DNA of 64,000 bases from the NCBI GenBank assembly GCA_028534125.1, contig CM052817.1:7442001-7506000 (forward strand), in the 5' to 3' direction. Shown here piece after piece: positions 1-14,238 of this stretch; the first letter of the stretch is position 1; the number at the start of each line of letters is the position of its first letter. The position numbers and the translations under genes were made by a program. This DNA is from Lama glama. Taxonomy: Eukaryota. The notes under the pieces were generated by a model that saw only the letters and a list, made by a program, of their open reading frames with translations, searched no databases and was not told where the DNA came from.

Positions 1-1274
1 AATCTCTTCCTTCTTCATTCATAAAAGAGGCACCATTGTCTGTTCAACAATATCTCTGAGAAGCCATAAAACTTAATAAATTTTAAATTGAATTTAAGTT
101 TGAAGTTCAAGTAATGTCTCCAGCATGATGACTTCTAGAAACAGTAGTGAGATTTCTCTCTGTTTCAGCATACAATGCTAATTATCTCTTGAAGTCTTTT
201 AGCTTAATGAGACAAACTCTATTGACTTGGTCTCCCTGGAATTATATGTCTTAGTTACTGAATCCTTATGTTAGATAATGTTCTTCATTGGAGCACTACT
301 CGTTCTCACCGGGAGTCAAGTCACAGAGAATGAAATGACTTCTGAAGCTAGGAGTGGAGGTGAGGGGAGAGACTGAGAGGCAAGGAGACAAAAACAGAGA
401 CAGAATGAGATCTTATGTCAGCCAGAGGATCAGAGGATGAGTCAGGAGGTGATGAATATCAAGGAAGTTTGCTAGTTACATTTCCTTTCTCTTAAAGCGA
501 GGCAGTGTCTGTGAGTGGCCAGGTCAGAGCTCTCTTTGCTGCCTGGACTAGTGATGGAAACTGAGTAGAGAACTCCCGGGTGGAAAGTTAGCCCTCCCAG
601 CCAGGAGGTGAGTGGTCACCTTGATTCCCTCCACAAGGATGACTGATACTGTATTACCCCCCACCATTCATGATCAGAGATGAAAAAGAAACATGGATGG
701 CAACACTTGGATGTGCCTAGCGGATCCTTAGAGATTTTTTATCAAGCATGCATTTAGAAAAAACAACATGCCAGGAATGAAGAGAACATGTCAGGGAGCA
801 TGATGAGAGTTTGTGAACCAAGCTAATAGATTGCTCTATTTAAAAAAAAATGAAATATCTAATAAGTGGGAGGGAACAATGAAACAAGAGATACCAGGGA
901 TCATCCATAGACAAGGCAAATACGGAAAAATCAAGAGCTGACTTTAGTTCTTAAATCACATGATTAGTGGCAACTTTCTTTTCCTCTGGTTCAACAATAC
1001 CTCTTCTCCATCCCCAGTAGCTGAGAGTGAGGGGTTATGTCTTCTCTGCAGTTTGTAATTCTCTTTTACCCCTCAAAAATCATGACATTTAATTTCACCC
1101 TTCTGCATCCTGCTAGGATACAAACACGTGTCAAAGATGATCCATGGCCCCAGATTTCTGATGACCATTAGCTGGTTCTCTCACTATGACCAGTAGAAAT
1201 AATCTACTTTACTTCTTTAGTAAATATGTCCTAGATGCCTGACATAGTTTTTTTTTTTTTTAATATCCATGACT

Positions 1275-1420
1275 CCTTGAGGTTATTCCAATTGCCCCTG
1301 CTTTATAGATAAGACAACTGAGTGTCAGAGAGGTTGACTCACTTATAAAGATTCAAACCACTTGGGTAAATTGGAAACCCTGAATTGGAACCAAGGGCTG
1401 CTTGGGATTGGAGCTCAATC
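1275..1420 (-). mobile_element. MIR SINE fragment
   Basis: ctttatagataagacaactgagtgtcagagaggtt resembles the reverse complement of the MIR core. Confidence 0.7.
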
Positions 1421-1745
1421 TCCTCTTTTTTCCTCCTGCTGCCTCCGCATAATCCCATCATCAAGAAGTCATAGTGGTGCCTTCCTGCCTTGCACTGCAT
1501 TCTCAGGAGGCTCACCAGTCCCTCACACTGAAGCCATCTGCTTTTAATCTTCTGATTTGGAAGGATCGAAGGTACACTTCTGAATTTCTCAGTTGGGTAC
1601 TTCCATCCTTGTCTATCCTGTGCTGAATGCTCTGATCTATCCTTCCTCCCTCCCTTTAGTGAACACCGTCAGCCATCTGTCTGTGTCCCCTCCCCTCCCC
1701 TCACCAGCTGATCAGCCCCCCAGCATGCTAAAGCCTGTTTATTCT

Positions 1746-1880
1746 CAGCAGCATTCGCACCTCCTGGGAACTTGTCATAAATGCAAATTCGCAGGCCAAT
1801 CCCACACCTCCCACATCAGAAATTCTGGAAATGGGGACCTCCAGGTGCTTCTGATGCATGTTCAAGTTTGAGAATCACCA
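1746..1880 (+). mobile_element. MER5A-like hAT-Charlie DNA transposon, internally deleted
   Basis: cagcagcattcgcacctcctgggaacttgtcataaatgcaaatt ... ctccaggtgcttctgatgcatgttcaagtttgagaatcac follows the MER5A consensus. Confidence 0.85.
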
Positions 1881-2469
1881 CCATAGTCTAGTAATGTGGA
1901 CATCACACAGACGCACCCACACACTGTTTAGCTGTGTAAGAACACTTAATGGACCCTCTTTCTTTTAAATCTGTGAAATGATACAACATTTTCAAAAATA
2001 TTCGGACTCACATTAGAAAAATCAAGGAAGCATATCAACTGGAATATTACAATAAAACCAGGCCCTTGGTAAGTGCCTACATATGCAGGGGTGGGATGGT
2101 GCACAGAAGGGACAAAGGAATCTTATTGGAATACTAGGCTGTAAAGGAAATTGTTAGCTGGAAAGTAGACTCACCGACTCTTGAGTAACAAAAAAATGCA
2201 GCCATTGCATTTTGAAGACCCAAAAGGCCTGTTCTTACATTGATTTCCACTACTTACTCTCTAAAAAAAATCTGGTGTTTATTTTCTAAATTCTTAAGGA
2301 AAATTAGAGAGAAATGCAGGGAATTGGAGAGAGGCCAATTAGCAAAGGAAAAAGAAAAATTTAATTATGACACAAAGGACATACCCTGAGGAAGCACTGC
2401 TTGTGGGAAAAACTATCTTAACAGGAGGAGAACAGTAAAACTCGAATGAACTCAACAAAGCCAAACTGG

Positions 2470-2690
2470 TACAAAGCTAATTATAATCTCTCTTTATTCC
2501 ACTTTGCAGAACTAAGCATGTGTTTTATTGCGGAAACATTGGTTTGATTATGTGACACTGTCCAGATCACCCAGGGGTGTCATGTAATATAAGACATTTG
2601 TCCCATATTATCTTTCAAAAATCTGAAAAACTCCAAACTCCCAAGCACTGCTGGGCCCCTACTTTTCAAGGCAAGGATAATGAGCCAATG
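2470..2690. mobile_element. TcMar-Tigger MITE fragment (MER46C-like)
   Basis: catattatctttcaaaaatctgaaaaactccaaactcccaagcactgctgggccc resembles the MER46-type terminus. Confidence 0.6.
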
Positions 2691-2740
2691 AACTGGGAAC
2701 CTGCGCTCTTGCTCCAGGTGCCTTCCCACACTGCACTTCC

Positions 2741-3350
2741 TGTTAGAGCAGGTAGGTAGCTAGACATGAGCAGAGAAAGGGGGTCACAGGTCAAATGGCA
2801 AGAAACCATACATCTCGTGACAAAGCAGGTCCTAGGGCAGATGGAGAAAACCAGGAACCTCCAGACTGATAAGAAATCACACATTCTGAGTTGACAAGTG
2901 TCCTGGAGGCAGAAAAAGAAAGGTAGGAAAAAGTCAGGAATCTCCCACATCTGAATGTAACATGTAACCTTTTGCTCATTATGCCCTCGCTACAGTAAAA
3001 TTAGTGTTGCAGATAAGAAGTACTCATCATGCACTGATGCCATGACACTTCCTATCAAGACTAAATAAGAACAAAAATCCCTCCTTCCCTCTGGAAGGTG
3101 GATCTGGGATGAAAATCAGGGAATATGACTTCAGAAGCCTCCGTCCCCAATGAATATTCTGCCCATTCATTTTTTTATATTGTATATAACCAGCTTGCCA
3201 AAGAAACTCAGCACAGCTACTCACCTGAGTCTTACTGCTTCCCCCTTGAGTGTAAACTATCGCTTAATAAATCCTCATTTTGCTGTGTTGACCTCCATGT
3301 CTCATCTCTGAATTCTTTCTGCAAGGAGCCAAGAACCAACTCTGGTAACA
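2741..3350 (+). mobile_element. Solo ERV1-class LTR (MER50-like 5' end), 610 bp
   Basis: Inverted termini TGTTA...TAACA; TATA-like tatataa near 3183-3189; AATAAA at 3266-3271; flanks ttcc / tcct give only an imperfect TSD. Confidence 0.85.
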
Positions 3351-4404
3351 TCCTCACCATTGTTTCCTTTCACACCCAGCTCCCTCTTCCTCCTCCACGT
3401 ACACCGACTCCCACACATCTGGCAGGAACCTCGAGGAAATGACCCTTCCTTTGAAATCCCTAGATAGAGTGGCTTTTCTCCTTTGCCCCCATTTTGCCCA
3501 CGCCTTCGCACAGAAGTGAAGTGCTTTTCCTAATATCACACAATACCACAGATTTGGAAATCAAGTCACCCCCAGAGCAAGAAGAAAAAGCAACATAAGA
3601 AAGAGGTTTGGAGTATAAGTAAGGCCTCCCTCCAGGTGCTCAAATGTCTTAAAACTCTTGGTTCCAAAAATCAAGAGAAGCACAAAGACTGTTCCATTCT
3701 GTAATCTTGGTGCCAAGTAGGATGCTCTTGAAGCATCTGCCTTCAGAAAGGGGACACCAGCCAATGCCCTCCCCTCACTGGTTCTTCCCTCTCGCATTCG
3801 GAAGCACAAGAAGAGTGAGTTTACTCCTGTTTTGTTTCTTTATTCCTCTTTAACTGCTCCCAACTTCGCAGTACAGCTCTCCTTAGAGTCATCCATCATC
3901 ACACTTAGCCTATCCTGCATTCAAGCCCTAATAAGTCCCTTTTTACCACAGGGAGCTTATTGCTAAGACTTTAATGAGCTGCAGATTGTATTTACTTCTC
4001 TTGTAAATTGTTCATTATCCTTGCAAGGAAGGACATGCTCTCGCCATTTCCATTATTCAAGACGCTCCTGTTAAATCACTTTACGTGCACTTTTATTTTA
4101 TTTGCAAATCATATATACCCACCTTTCAATTTCAATTATAGGAAGAATAAAATATTTACAATGTTCTGACACCTTGAAATTTATTAAATAAATTTTCTGA
4201 TTATTGTTAAGCTGTAATAATCTCCTTCCAAAGACAGTAGCACTTTACCTTCAATTCAGTTCATAAAAAAACACACGACGTGAGGTGTGGATGCCCTAAA
4301 GGTGGGGAACGCTAGCCCTGGAGACAGGCTGGTGTGCCTTTTACAAGAGATGCTGCTAGTCACTAAAAGTGGGTTACTAAGCATATTTAATAGCAGGTAT
4401 GATG

Positions 4405-4612
4405 GCTACTAAATATTTGAATGCATATACCTTAGTCACAAGGTGCTGTGATAAACACTTAACAAGCGTTATCCCCTTTCAGATTTATAATAATTATATG
4501 CCATAAGAACAAATAGTATGCCCACTTTACAGATGAGGAATCGGAGGCACAGAAAGGTCAAACAGAGTACTCAAAACCACACAGCTCATGGACAGAGGAC
4601 CTGCACCCAAAG
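4405..4612 (-). mobile_element. MIR SINE
   Basis: cccactttacagatgaggaatcggaggcacagaaaggtca ... cacacagct. Confidence 0.85.
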
Positions 4613-6809
4613 CCCACTCCTACTGCAACGTTCTTTTAAAAAGGCGAAGGATTTATTCAACCTGAAGAGGAACCAGAGTGTTGCAATGTTCTTTTAAATG
4701 CAACTTTCCTCTTTTTTAAGATGAGGATAATAATGCTGCAAATCTGAGGGGCTCTTGAGGGAATGAGGGGGAGCAATGGGGCTAAGACAGGCAGCAAGCA
4801 CACTGCCGGCCTGGCTTAGCAAGGTCTCCTTCCAGGGGCCACCGTGAGAAACTCCCCAGGGTCGCGGGCTAATAAGGCGCTGAAATTATGCAGGAACTTA
4901 AGGGAAAAGTCAAACAAATGATGAAGAATTTGAGGGCAATTTAGAAGCTGGGAGCATCTGAACGTTAGATCTGCTATTTGGGGAAGAAGTACCCACTGCC
5001 TGTGTTAGAGCACAGCAGTATGTATGTACGTATACCGGACGCCCGGCTAATAGGAAAACTCTTGCCAGAAGTGTACACGAAGCATTACTTGTTGTATCTG
5101 CTTTTTTAATCTCTTCCGTTTACTTTTTCCCAGTCTTTCCTTCATATACACCTTTTTCTTCATACAATTTTTCCAGCAATATGGCAGAACTGTAAATAGT
5201 TTGCCATGGTTTATGGGGTTTATGGGAGGAAGAGAAGCAACTTTTTAACTGTCTTCTCTGTGCCAGGACCTTAAACTCACTTGGTCTTCACAAACTCTGT
5301 AAGAAAAGCACTGTTATCCCATAATACAGATGAGGAAAGCTGCCTTAAGTCCGCAGAACTGACTTTTCCCTCTACCTTGCCTGACATCCAGGGATGAGCT
5401 CACAGGAGTTCATTCTCACCTAGACCCATACATAGTAGAGGCTGCATCAACAAAGAAGGATATGTGTATGTTTTAAAGAAACATCTTCAATTTGTTTCTC
5501 TTTTCTTTATTAGTGCAGCAAATTATTCTCCTCGTGTATCTCTGTGTTTGCTTCTCCAGGGAAGAGAAACATGCCTTTGCTTACAATATACATACATGCA
5601 TGCGCACAAGTGTGTGTATGTATATACATTAGAACTGTGTCGGCCTGGCGCATAGAAATTTTCTTGACTACAGACTGGTGGCTGGTTACTGCACTGCCTT
5701 CTCAACCATAGGGGGCTTACTGCTGGGATCCAGTTCCACCAAGAGCAGAGACAGTGGTCCTTACTGAGAGTCCCAAGTTTAAACTGTACTTAGAATTTGA
5801 GCTCCCCGCATTTCTTTGCTAACATTTGGCTTGCATGGTTTGACTAGACACGAGACACAGATGCAGTGAGCCGAGGGTACATTTCAGTCTGCCTCTGGAC
5901 CCTGATCACATGCTTGCATGCACTCAGAATCATCCCTCGGTACGTTACCATGTCAGCTCCTGTCGTAAGAAGATTTTGCTGACTTATCTTAATTCTGAAC
6001 CATAATCATTCTGTTCTACCTGCAGACTTTTTTTCCCTCTGCCCCTTTATTTCTCCTTTTCTTCTAAGGTTGAAATTAGGTCACTTATTTCCAGAATGGC
6101 ATGGCAGGTTTTTTTCCCCCTCTTTTTCTAGGTTGGTAGCAATAATATAATAAAATCTGAAGTCCTAAACACAGGAGATGGGGAGAAACTGAAGTTTCCT
6201 TTTTATATCACAAATCTAGGCTCCCTGGAGGCTCTCAGAGAGCTGATTTCCTTTCACTCTAAAATTGTCCCCTGGCGAAGGCATAGAAAATAGCACTCCT
6301 TTTTGCATTTTTTTTTAACACAGTGATGCAGATAGGTTGATTTCAAAGGCTTCAGATGAATTAGTGTGATTGTATGTCCCTGAGGAGAGATTGCCACAAA
6401 GGAAAAGAGCTAAGAGGGGAAAATGCACTTAGCACTTAAGGATGTTAAGAGTTTGTACTCGGTCCTATAAACCCAAATGGAAGAAATAGGAAGGAAAGAA
6501 CATTAGACTAAGAAAAAAAGCCCTGGATCTGACTCTTTGTAGAGTGAGACCCTGACATAGCCACATTGTCCCCTGAGCCTCAGTTTCCTTCAGCTGTGCA
6601 AAGTGTCAATGCTATTTTGGTTTAGATTAATAAACGAGTATCAAAGAAGAGGGAAGTTGTTCCGCTGCTAAAATCTTCGCCCATCCTTGTCTCTCTCCTG
6701 CAGGTATCACTCCAAGAGGGGCCCTTTCTCCCAGGTCAGAATGCTTCTTCTCTTCCTGGGCATTGATTTCTGAAACCGTCCCACTTTGAGATATTGTTAA
6801 CCAATTACA

Positions 6810-7130
6810 GCCTGTCTCCAACATCAATTCGATTCTCTCTCCAATATCTTCATTATCACTTTCTCAACTGGCTCTTTCCATAAAGAATTTAAAACACTTG
6901 AGTCTCTCTCAATGTAAGAAAAAAACAAACAAGACATAATTTTCTTTGGACCCCGTCACCCCTTCCGGTATTGCTCCCTCCCCTGAGAGCCAAACATTCC
7001 ATTTTCTTTGGCTGCTCTCCCCACTTCACCCAGTTTCCCCTCCCTCTTCATCTCTAACCTCTTTCTTTTTTCTGTCTTTCCCTTGGAAATAGTTCCCTTT
7101 TGTCTTCTGGTGGTCACCTCTATATTGTCA
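6810..7130 (+). mobile_element. L2 LINE fragment
   Basis: Pyrimidine-rich stretch with weak similarity to the L2 ORF2 3' region. Confidence 0.4.
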
Positions 7131-8324
7131 CTAATACATTTTTAAAAGACAGTATTTGTTGGCTTTGGCCATGAAAGGTTAGAATTCAACTTTTTTTTAT
7201 TTCCGTTCCCTTGAAATTTTGATAGTAAGTATTTTATTTCCATTTCTCTCCTAAGCCATCAATTTTATGTTATCTTTGTTTTTTTTCTACATTGAGATGA
7301 AAATATAACTATACCCTTCTCTCTACCTTACCTTTCCCCCTGCTGTCCCCATCTTCTGTCAACTGTAACTTGACTTTTGCATTGAAAAATGATATAACAT
7401 TTATTTTCTGTTCTCTAAACATTATTCTGTCTTCCATGTTCTGTCAAATGTTGATCCTTAAAGGTTGATATCAACTAAACAGTGTTTAATTCATTTACTT
7501 TTTTTTTCTTTGTTGAAATAAGCAGTGTGTGTTTCTTTACCCCCTCGCTAATAGTTGCTCCCTTCTTAGCAATTCTAAAGTGGGATCATCCCATGCTTCT
7601 TTTTGCAGCTTATAGGTTTAATATCCTAATTTACATCAGTAGCTTTCTAAGCATGATTTTCAACAGGCACTGTGATATTTGCATATTGGATTCCTGCTCC
7701 AACTCATATCTACTTCAAGCCATATTTTGCTGTCAGTCCTATGAACCCTGTTGTAATCTGATGCATTCAACTGCCTGTAAAATTTAAACAATTTCTATAG
7801 TTAGAGTATATATTGGTTGGGGCATGGCTTTTACTAAATTTAAGTCCTAAAACAAATGCTATCTGAGAAACACATATTCATGAGACTTTTTTTTAAGAAT
7901 CTTAAAGAATTCTTTTAAATGAATATTTAATTGTTTTTATTTAGAAAAGAAGATGCCTTAGACTTGTCTAAGTATTTTTTTTAAAGGTAATAATAAATAA
8001 CAGAATGGTCAAACCATCTATGGTTCACTCTTTCCAGAGTTATCCAGAGAACTGAGATGAGTGGAAATTTCCATATAAAGAGATGAGATTGGAAAGATAC
8101 ATTGGAAGATGGAATGTGGTACCGCAGAAACACTCCACACTCCTATTTCCCTATCGCTACTTTATTATATTCAACACCCTATAAAATCATAGTTGCTTTA
8201 ATTATCTTCATCATCTTCATAATCACCATTATATGCCAATTTAGCATTTCAAAATGAAGGAGAAAATTAAGTTACAGAAATATTTCCTCTGAGTGTCCCT
8301 CACTCCCAAACACATTTGCCTTAT

Positions 8325-10318
8325 TTTTTGTTTTTAATTTTGGCTTTACTGGGGCATAATTCACATACAACATTGTAAGATATTTAAAGTGTACATTGTG
8401 GTGATTTGATAAACATATATTGTGAAAGGCTTTCCCACCTAGTTAATTAACATGTATATCACCTCATGTATTTGCCTCTTTTTCTTTCTTTCTTTCTTTT
8501 TTTGGGGGGGAGAATGTTCAAGCTCTACTCTGTTAGCAAATTTCAGTTACACAATACAGAACACTGTTGTCAACTATAGTCAACATGTCATACAACAGAT
8601 CATCAGAACTTATTCATATTTGAGCTGAAAGTCTGTGCCCTTTTACCCACTTTTTTCTATTGTCCTCACCCTACTGCCACTAGCAACTAATTACTTCTCA
8701 ACCCTCTAAGAGTTACTACAAGTTTGATTTTTTTGTTTGTTTTTTTAGATTTCACATATAAGTGACACCATGCAGTATCTGCCTGTCTCCGTTCACTTTA
8801 TTTTGCTTAGCATAATGTTCTCAAGGCCCATCCGTGGCAGGGTTTCCTTCTTTGTTACAGCTGAGCACACACACACTAAACATGGGAGCGCAGATACCTC
8901 TTCGATATTCTGTTTTCTCTTCCTTTGGATATGTATCTAGAATTGGGATTGCTGGATCATCTGGTCGCTTTATTTTCAATTTTTTTGAGGAACTCCACTC
9001 TGTTCTTCATATTGGCTGTGTCAGTTTACGTTTCCACCAACAGTGCACAAGAGTTTCCTTTCTCTGCATCCTTCCCAACACTTACTATCTCCGGCCCTTT
9101 TTTTTATGATAGCTATTCTTACCATTGTAAGGTGATATTTCATTGCGGTTTTGACTTTCATTTCCCTAATAATTAGTAATGTTTCTCACCTTTTCATATA
9201 CCTGTTGAGCATTTCAATGTTTTATTTGGGAAAAAAATCTACACAATTCCTCTGTCCATTTTTAAATCAGATTGTTTAATTTCTTTTGACATTGAATTGA
9301 ACGAGTTCTTTATATTTTGGATATTAACCCCTTAGATTATTTGCAAATATTTTCTTCCCTTCTGTAGGTCACCTTTTCATTTTGTAGGTTTCTTTTTTTA
9401 ACAAAAGCTTTTCAGTGTTATGTGACCTCACTCATTTATTTTGCTTTTATTGTCTTTGTTAGTAGTAACAAATCAAAAAAAAAAAATCATTGCTAGGACC
9501 AACATCAGAGAGTTTACCCCCCGTGTTTTCTCTAGAGTTTTATGGTTTTGGGTCCTACATTTAAGAATTGAATATATTTTGAATTGATTTTTGCAAATAA
9601 TGTAAGATAGAGGTCAATTTTCATTGCTTTGCCTGTGACTGTCCAGTTTTCCTGGCACCATTTATTAAAGACACTACCCATCTCTGATTGTATAGTCTTG
9701 GCTCCTTTGTCATAAATTCATTGACCATATATGTGAGGGCTTTTTTCTGTGCTTTCTCTTCTATTCCACTGATCTATGCATCTGTTTTTATGCCAATTCC
9801 ATACTGTTTTGATTATTATAGTTCTGTCATATAAGAAAAATCAGGAAATGTGATGCCTCTAGCTTTGTTCTTCCTTTTCAAGGTTTCTTTGGCTCTTTGG
9901 GGTCTTTTTTGTGGTTCCATACAAATTTTAGGATGACTTGTTCTTTTTCTGTGAAAAACACTATTGGAATGTTGATAAGGATTGCACTGAATCTGTAGAT
10001 AACTTTGATTAGCCTATATGTTTTAACAATGTTATTTCTTCTAATCCAGGGGCATGGAATATCTTTCCATTTATTTGTGTCCACTTCAATTTATTTTATC
10101 AATATCTTATTCTTCAGTGTACAGATCTTTTACCTCTTTAGTTAAATTTTTCTAAGGTTTTATTCTTTAATTTGCAATTTTTTGTAAATGGGATTCATTT
10201 TAAAATTTCTCTTTCTGTGTATAGAAATGCAACTGATTTTTATGTGTATTAATTTTTTAGCCTGCAATTTTACTGAGTTTATTTACTAGTTCTTATACTT
10301 TTTTGTTCAGTCTTTAGA
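8325..10318 (-). mobile_element. 5'-truncated L1 (ORF2 3' half plus 3' UTR), decayed
   Basis: ORF 9878-10084(-) [20 protein letters not shown]...LKFVWNHK is L1 ORF2p; T-rich tail at the left end; possible decayed TSD caaacacatttgcctta (8307) / caaacccattaaccata (10319). Confidence 0.95.
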
Positions 10319-11199
10319 CAAACCCATTAACCATAATTTCCAGTGTGTATTACTTTTCTAAAAGTGCTCTTTTATTCATTTAGTTATATTCTAACAGCTT
10401 GTTTTCATCCAAGTTTTTTTTCCTTAGTTTATCCTTATGCTTATAAGCTCTGGCATTAAAAAAGCAGAAAAGAAAGAATGAAATAGAAAAGAAAAAGAAA
10501 AAGGAAAAGAAAGAGAGATGGGGAGGTCAAGTAAACAAACTAATTCTTCCCTTTGAAAGTAGAGTATACCATTTACAGCTTCAATGATCTCCAGTTTAGA
10601 ATCTTTCAGAGCCCAGATGAAAAGAGCTTGCTGCCCTGTATTTCAATCCATTTGATCTTACCACAGTATCAGCTCAGAGAACACTTTTTTAAATGTCATT
10701 TACTCATGGCAGAGGCACAGTCTCACCTCCTGATGGTGTTACCTTGTTAAGAAGCATAATGCCTTCCTAATAATATTCAGGTGATTTATAGCCTGTACAC
10801 AGAGGAAGCAGATTTGGTGTAAAAATTGACAGTTATGCAAGTATCAGAAATACCAGCTGCTACATTTTGGTTCCCTCTGGAAAGGAATTTGCCCTCTTGC
10901 TGGGAACCATCTGCATAAAAGTAGGAAGACTCCTTGCCAGGAAGTTTCCCCATATCTGTGTCCTAGAATAACCTAAACACTCTTTTATGGCCCTCTTTCA
11001 AGTGGTTAATAATAATAACATTAATAGTATATAATTTAATACCAATTTGCAATACAATAACAAGAATAATAATTGAAAATATTAATGAAAAACTAAACGT
11101 TTGGAGTGATGTGTTCAAAATTAAGTTTGAGTATCCTTTTTTGTAACCTCCGTCTCTGATCATGCCCCACCCTCATATGGATTAAGGACTCCTTGTGGT

Positions 11200-11385
11200 G
11201 CCTACCACAGCATCCTGAGCTTAACCTTTATAACAACCGACACACCACATTTTAATTACTGTTTTCCTTTGCTTTATGTGCCAAAGTAAAAGATTATGTC
11301 TCATTTGAATCTGTATTCCCAATATGTGGTTCAATTTCTGGCATATAATAGGCACTTAATAAATGTTAATGAATGAATGAATTCA
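11200..11385 (+). mobile_element. L2 3' end
   Basis: ctggcatataataggcacttaataaatgttaatgaatgaatgaa is the typical L2 tail. Confidence 0.8.
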
Positions 11386-11389
11386 CAAA

Positions 11390-11560
11390 GCACTTGCACA
11401 TACAGTTTCTCATCTGATTAGTATAATTACCCTGCTGAGTGAAAGCACAGGAAATTTTATTAGTACCACCTTTACAGATGGGAGGGAGCAAAAATGTTTT
11501 GGGACATGACTTACAAAGTATGTTGCAAATCAATGGCAGAGGTAGTGTTCCAAGTTCTGC
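11390..11560 (-). mobile_element. MIR fragment
   Basis: cacctttacagatgggag ... tgacttacaaag ... aatggcagag. Confidence 0.55.
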
Positions 11561-11859
11561 TCACTCAAGCTGCCACCTTGCTCAGAAGGATGATGGTGAG
11601 GGACAGATTTAGTGTCCAGGTCTCCTTAGGTCCTAGATAAGAAGTCGGGTACCTGGACATTACTAGACTTTGGGTTTGAGCAAATTGTGCACATTGACAT
11701 TACCAGTCTAAAGAAAGTGAGCAGATAAATGTGAAGGTGTGTTACAAAAGGAAAACCCTAAGTAAGCCAACATCTTGACCGTTTATGATCCGTAAAGAGT
11801 GATAAGGCCAAAAGTGACCATTTATTCATTCGTTCGTGAAAGGGGTTGTCTATTTAAGA

Positions 11860-12650
11860 GACCAGTGGTCTCGTTGTTCCCATTCCTAGTATCTATTCTC
11901 TTGCAATTCATTCTCCATGCCATAGCCAACTGAACGTCCCAAGAGGCAAAGCTATTGTTCCCTAACGTAAACCCTTCCAAAGGCTCCTGGTATCTCAAAC
12001 CATTCCAAACATAATCCTCGAAGATGCAACCCTGCACCCTACACAAACTTCATCAAGATGCAGTCTTCCCTCCCTGCTGAGCAGCTCTTGTCTCATTGGT
12101 CTTCTGCACTTCTTCAGGAGTGCATAAGGGATGGTAGATAGATGGATGTTAAACGTGTGTCTATTTATATATGTATCTCTCTCTATCTATCTATCCATCT
12201 ATCTATAGATATATAGATAGTATATAGTGTGTGAGTAAATTAATGTGAAGGTCTTTTGCAAAATAAGAAGCCCTGCATCATGAGATGTTATTACAGCCAA
12301 TTAAAATAGTGCCCCAAGTGGTTATTCGTTTTCTCATTTAGGGAGCATTTATTGAGATCATTATTTAAACTTATGTTAGTAACTATCCCGTACTTGAGAG
12401 AGTCTTCCTGACTTTTTCAAATACTTTAATAAAGCTCTTTGGTCGAGGCTTTTGGAGGACCTTAGAGCCTTGCATGTCTCCTTTCATAAAACTTCCCACA
12501 CTTCTCTCATGTCTGTCTCCACCATAAACTGTAGGTTCTGTGAGGCTAGAAAACCTGTTTACCTTATTCATCACTGTGTCCTCAGGATTTAGTAGAGCTC
12601 CTGACATATAGCAAATGTTTAATAAATATGTTTGGACACATAAATGATGC
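11860..12650 (+). mobile_element. L2 fragments, interrupted by a (TCTA)/(TA) simple repeat
   Basis: ttattcatcactgtgtcctcaggatttagtagagctcctgacatatagcaaatgtttaataaatatgttt L2 tail; aaacccttccaaaggctcc motif upstream. Confidence 0.65.
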
Positions 12651-12727
12651 AGAGACATATGACTGTAACATACTGGACTTGGGTTAAGTGAAGGAGATAG
12701 AAAATTGAAATGCATTGTGGAAAATGC

Positions 12728-13235
12728 TGTGAAAAGACATCTATAAGTTTGTCTTTTAAGCATCCAAACCTCTTTTTCTTACTCCCTTTGGAGAATCATC
12801 TTGTTCCATCCTCTTCATTCTCGGGACCACTGGTTCAGATAGCCTGACCCTTATCCTCAAGGATGTGCTCTGGCCAGAACAAAGATGTTTAAAGTCAGTA
12901 CTGCCACTTTCCCTAGGACTAATAGGAAAGTGATATCTTCTTCCTTCTACTGTTGTTTAACAGAATATAAGCCTAGATCTGCAGGGTGCCATCTTTGGAC
13001 CATATGAGTTGAGTCTACTTAAGAATGACATCATTATCTGTAAAAGAAGAGTTAAGCTAGCAAAAGAGAAACCAAATTCCAAAGACATCTTTGGAGATTT
13101 CTATCAGGTCATACCTGAATTTAGTGAGTCTTCTGAAGTTGTTTTTTTAATAAATATTCCACCTTAAATTAAATTTAAATTTCGCTAAAATTAGTTTGAA
13201 TTCAGTTTCTTTAAGTTTCAGTGGAAAATACTTTA
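12728..13235 (+). mobile_element. Old MaLR LTR (MLT1K-like)
   Basis: tgccatctttggaccatatgag ... aataaatattccc ... ttagtttgaattcagtttct follows the MLT1 3' architecture. Confidence 0.65.
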
Positions 13236-14238
13236 ACTCATGTACAGAGGTAAGTATACGAGGCAATGGGAGGGAGGACACTTTAAAGAGACCCACATGG
13301 AGAAGGTTATGCCTGAGGACAAACCCAAGCTAGGGTTGTTTAATACTTGAGGGAAATCAAAACTGAACTTGGTAATAATTGCATTTTGGACACTCGCTTT
13401 CTTGATAGAGGGCGATGAGTCATACAAGAACACAAGACTTTATCACTTGGAACCAAAATACACCTACATATACTTAGCCCCATAGAGCTCCCTTCCCTGC
13501 TCCCCAGTTATCTAGATTTTACAGAGGAGCATGACTTTCAAAGTTGTGCACCTACTAGAATAGTGGGAAAGGCACCAGGTCTTGAACCCACTCTAACTGC
13601 AGCATCTAAAAATAGTATTAAAATACCACGAGAATATTTCTCAGTTTCACAGATTTGCCTGTTTCTTGTCTGTAAAAATAGGATGGTGATATTATGTCAA
13701 AAGAATGAGATGACATATAATAAATGCTCAAAATAGAGCCTGGCACATAACCATCAGTTTCAGTTTAGTTAGCCCAAATGTTCTCCTGAGAGAGTCCTGC
13801 ATCATGAACTCTTATGGGAAAGGATATTACATCATTTGTATCATTTAAGTATAGTATCTAATACAATTTGGACACTCAATAAATGTTTGGAGAGAAAATA
13901 AAGGTTTCTCAAAAGACCAGCATAGGCTCACTTTGTCACTTTGTCATTTCTGTCTTTTCTGTTCATTGGAGCCACGTGCAGCTCCATGTTCACTACTCCA
14001 TGATTTTTAAGGAAATATCTCATCTCCAAATCCAAAAGATACATCTGAGCTCTTACCCAGCTTAGCATCTATGCATCATTAAATTCCATGGGTCATTTAT
14101 TCTGTTTTTTTTTTTCCTTTCTTAAAACTATCTCCTCTGAGTTTTAAAAACACACTTTCATTCTCTACTCCTTTGTGAATGTCTGTCCCTATTGTGTTAG
14201 ATAATCTTTCTGTACCTAATTGCTAAAAGTTGGTGTTT

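Noticed and set aside
3900..4260. AT-rich repeat-free stretch that looks like a conserved non-coding element (also 18900-19500)
   Set aside because: Cannot be supported without a multi-species alignment
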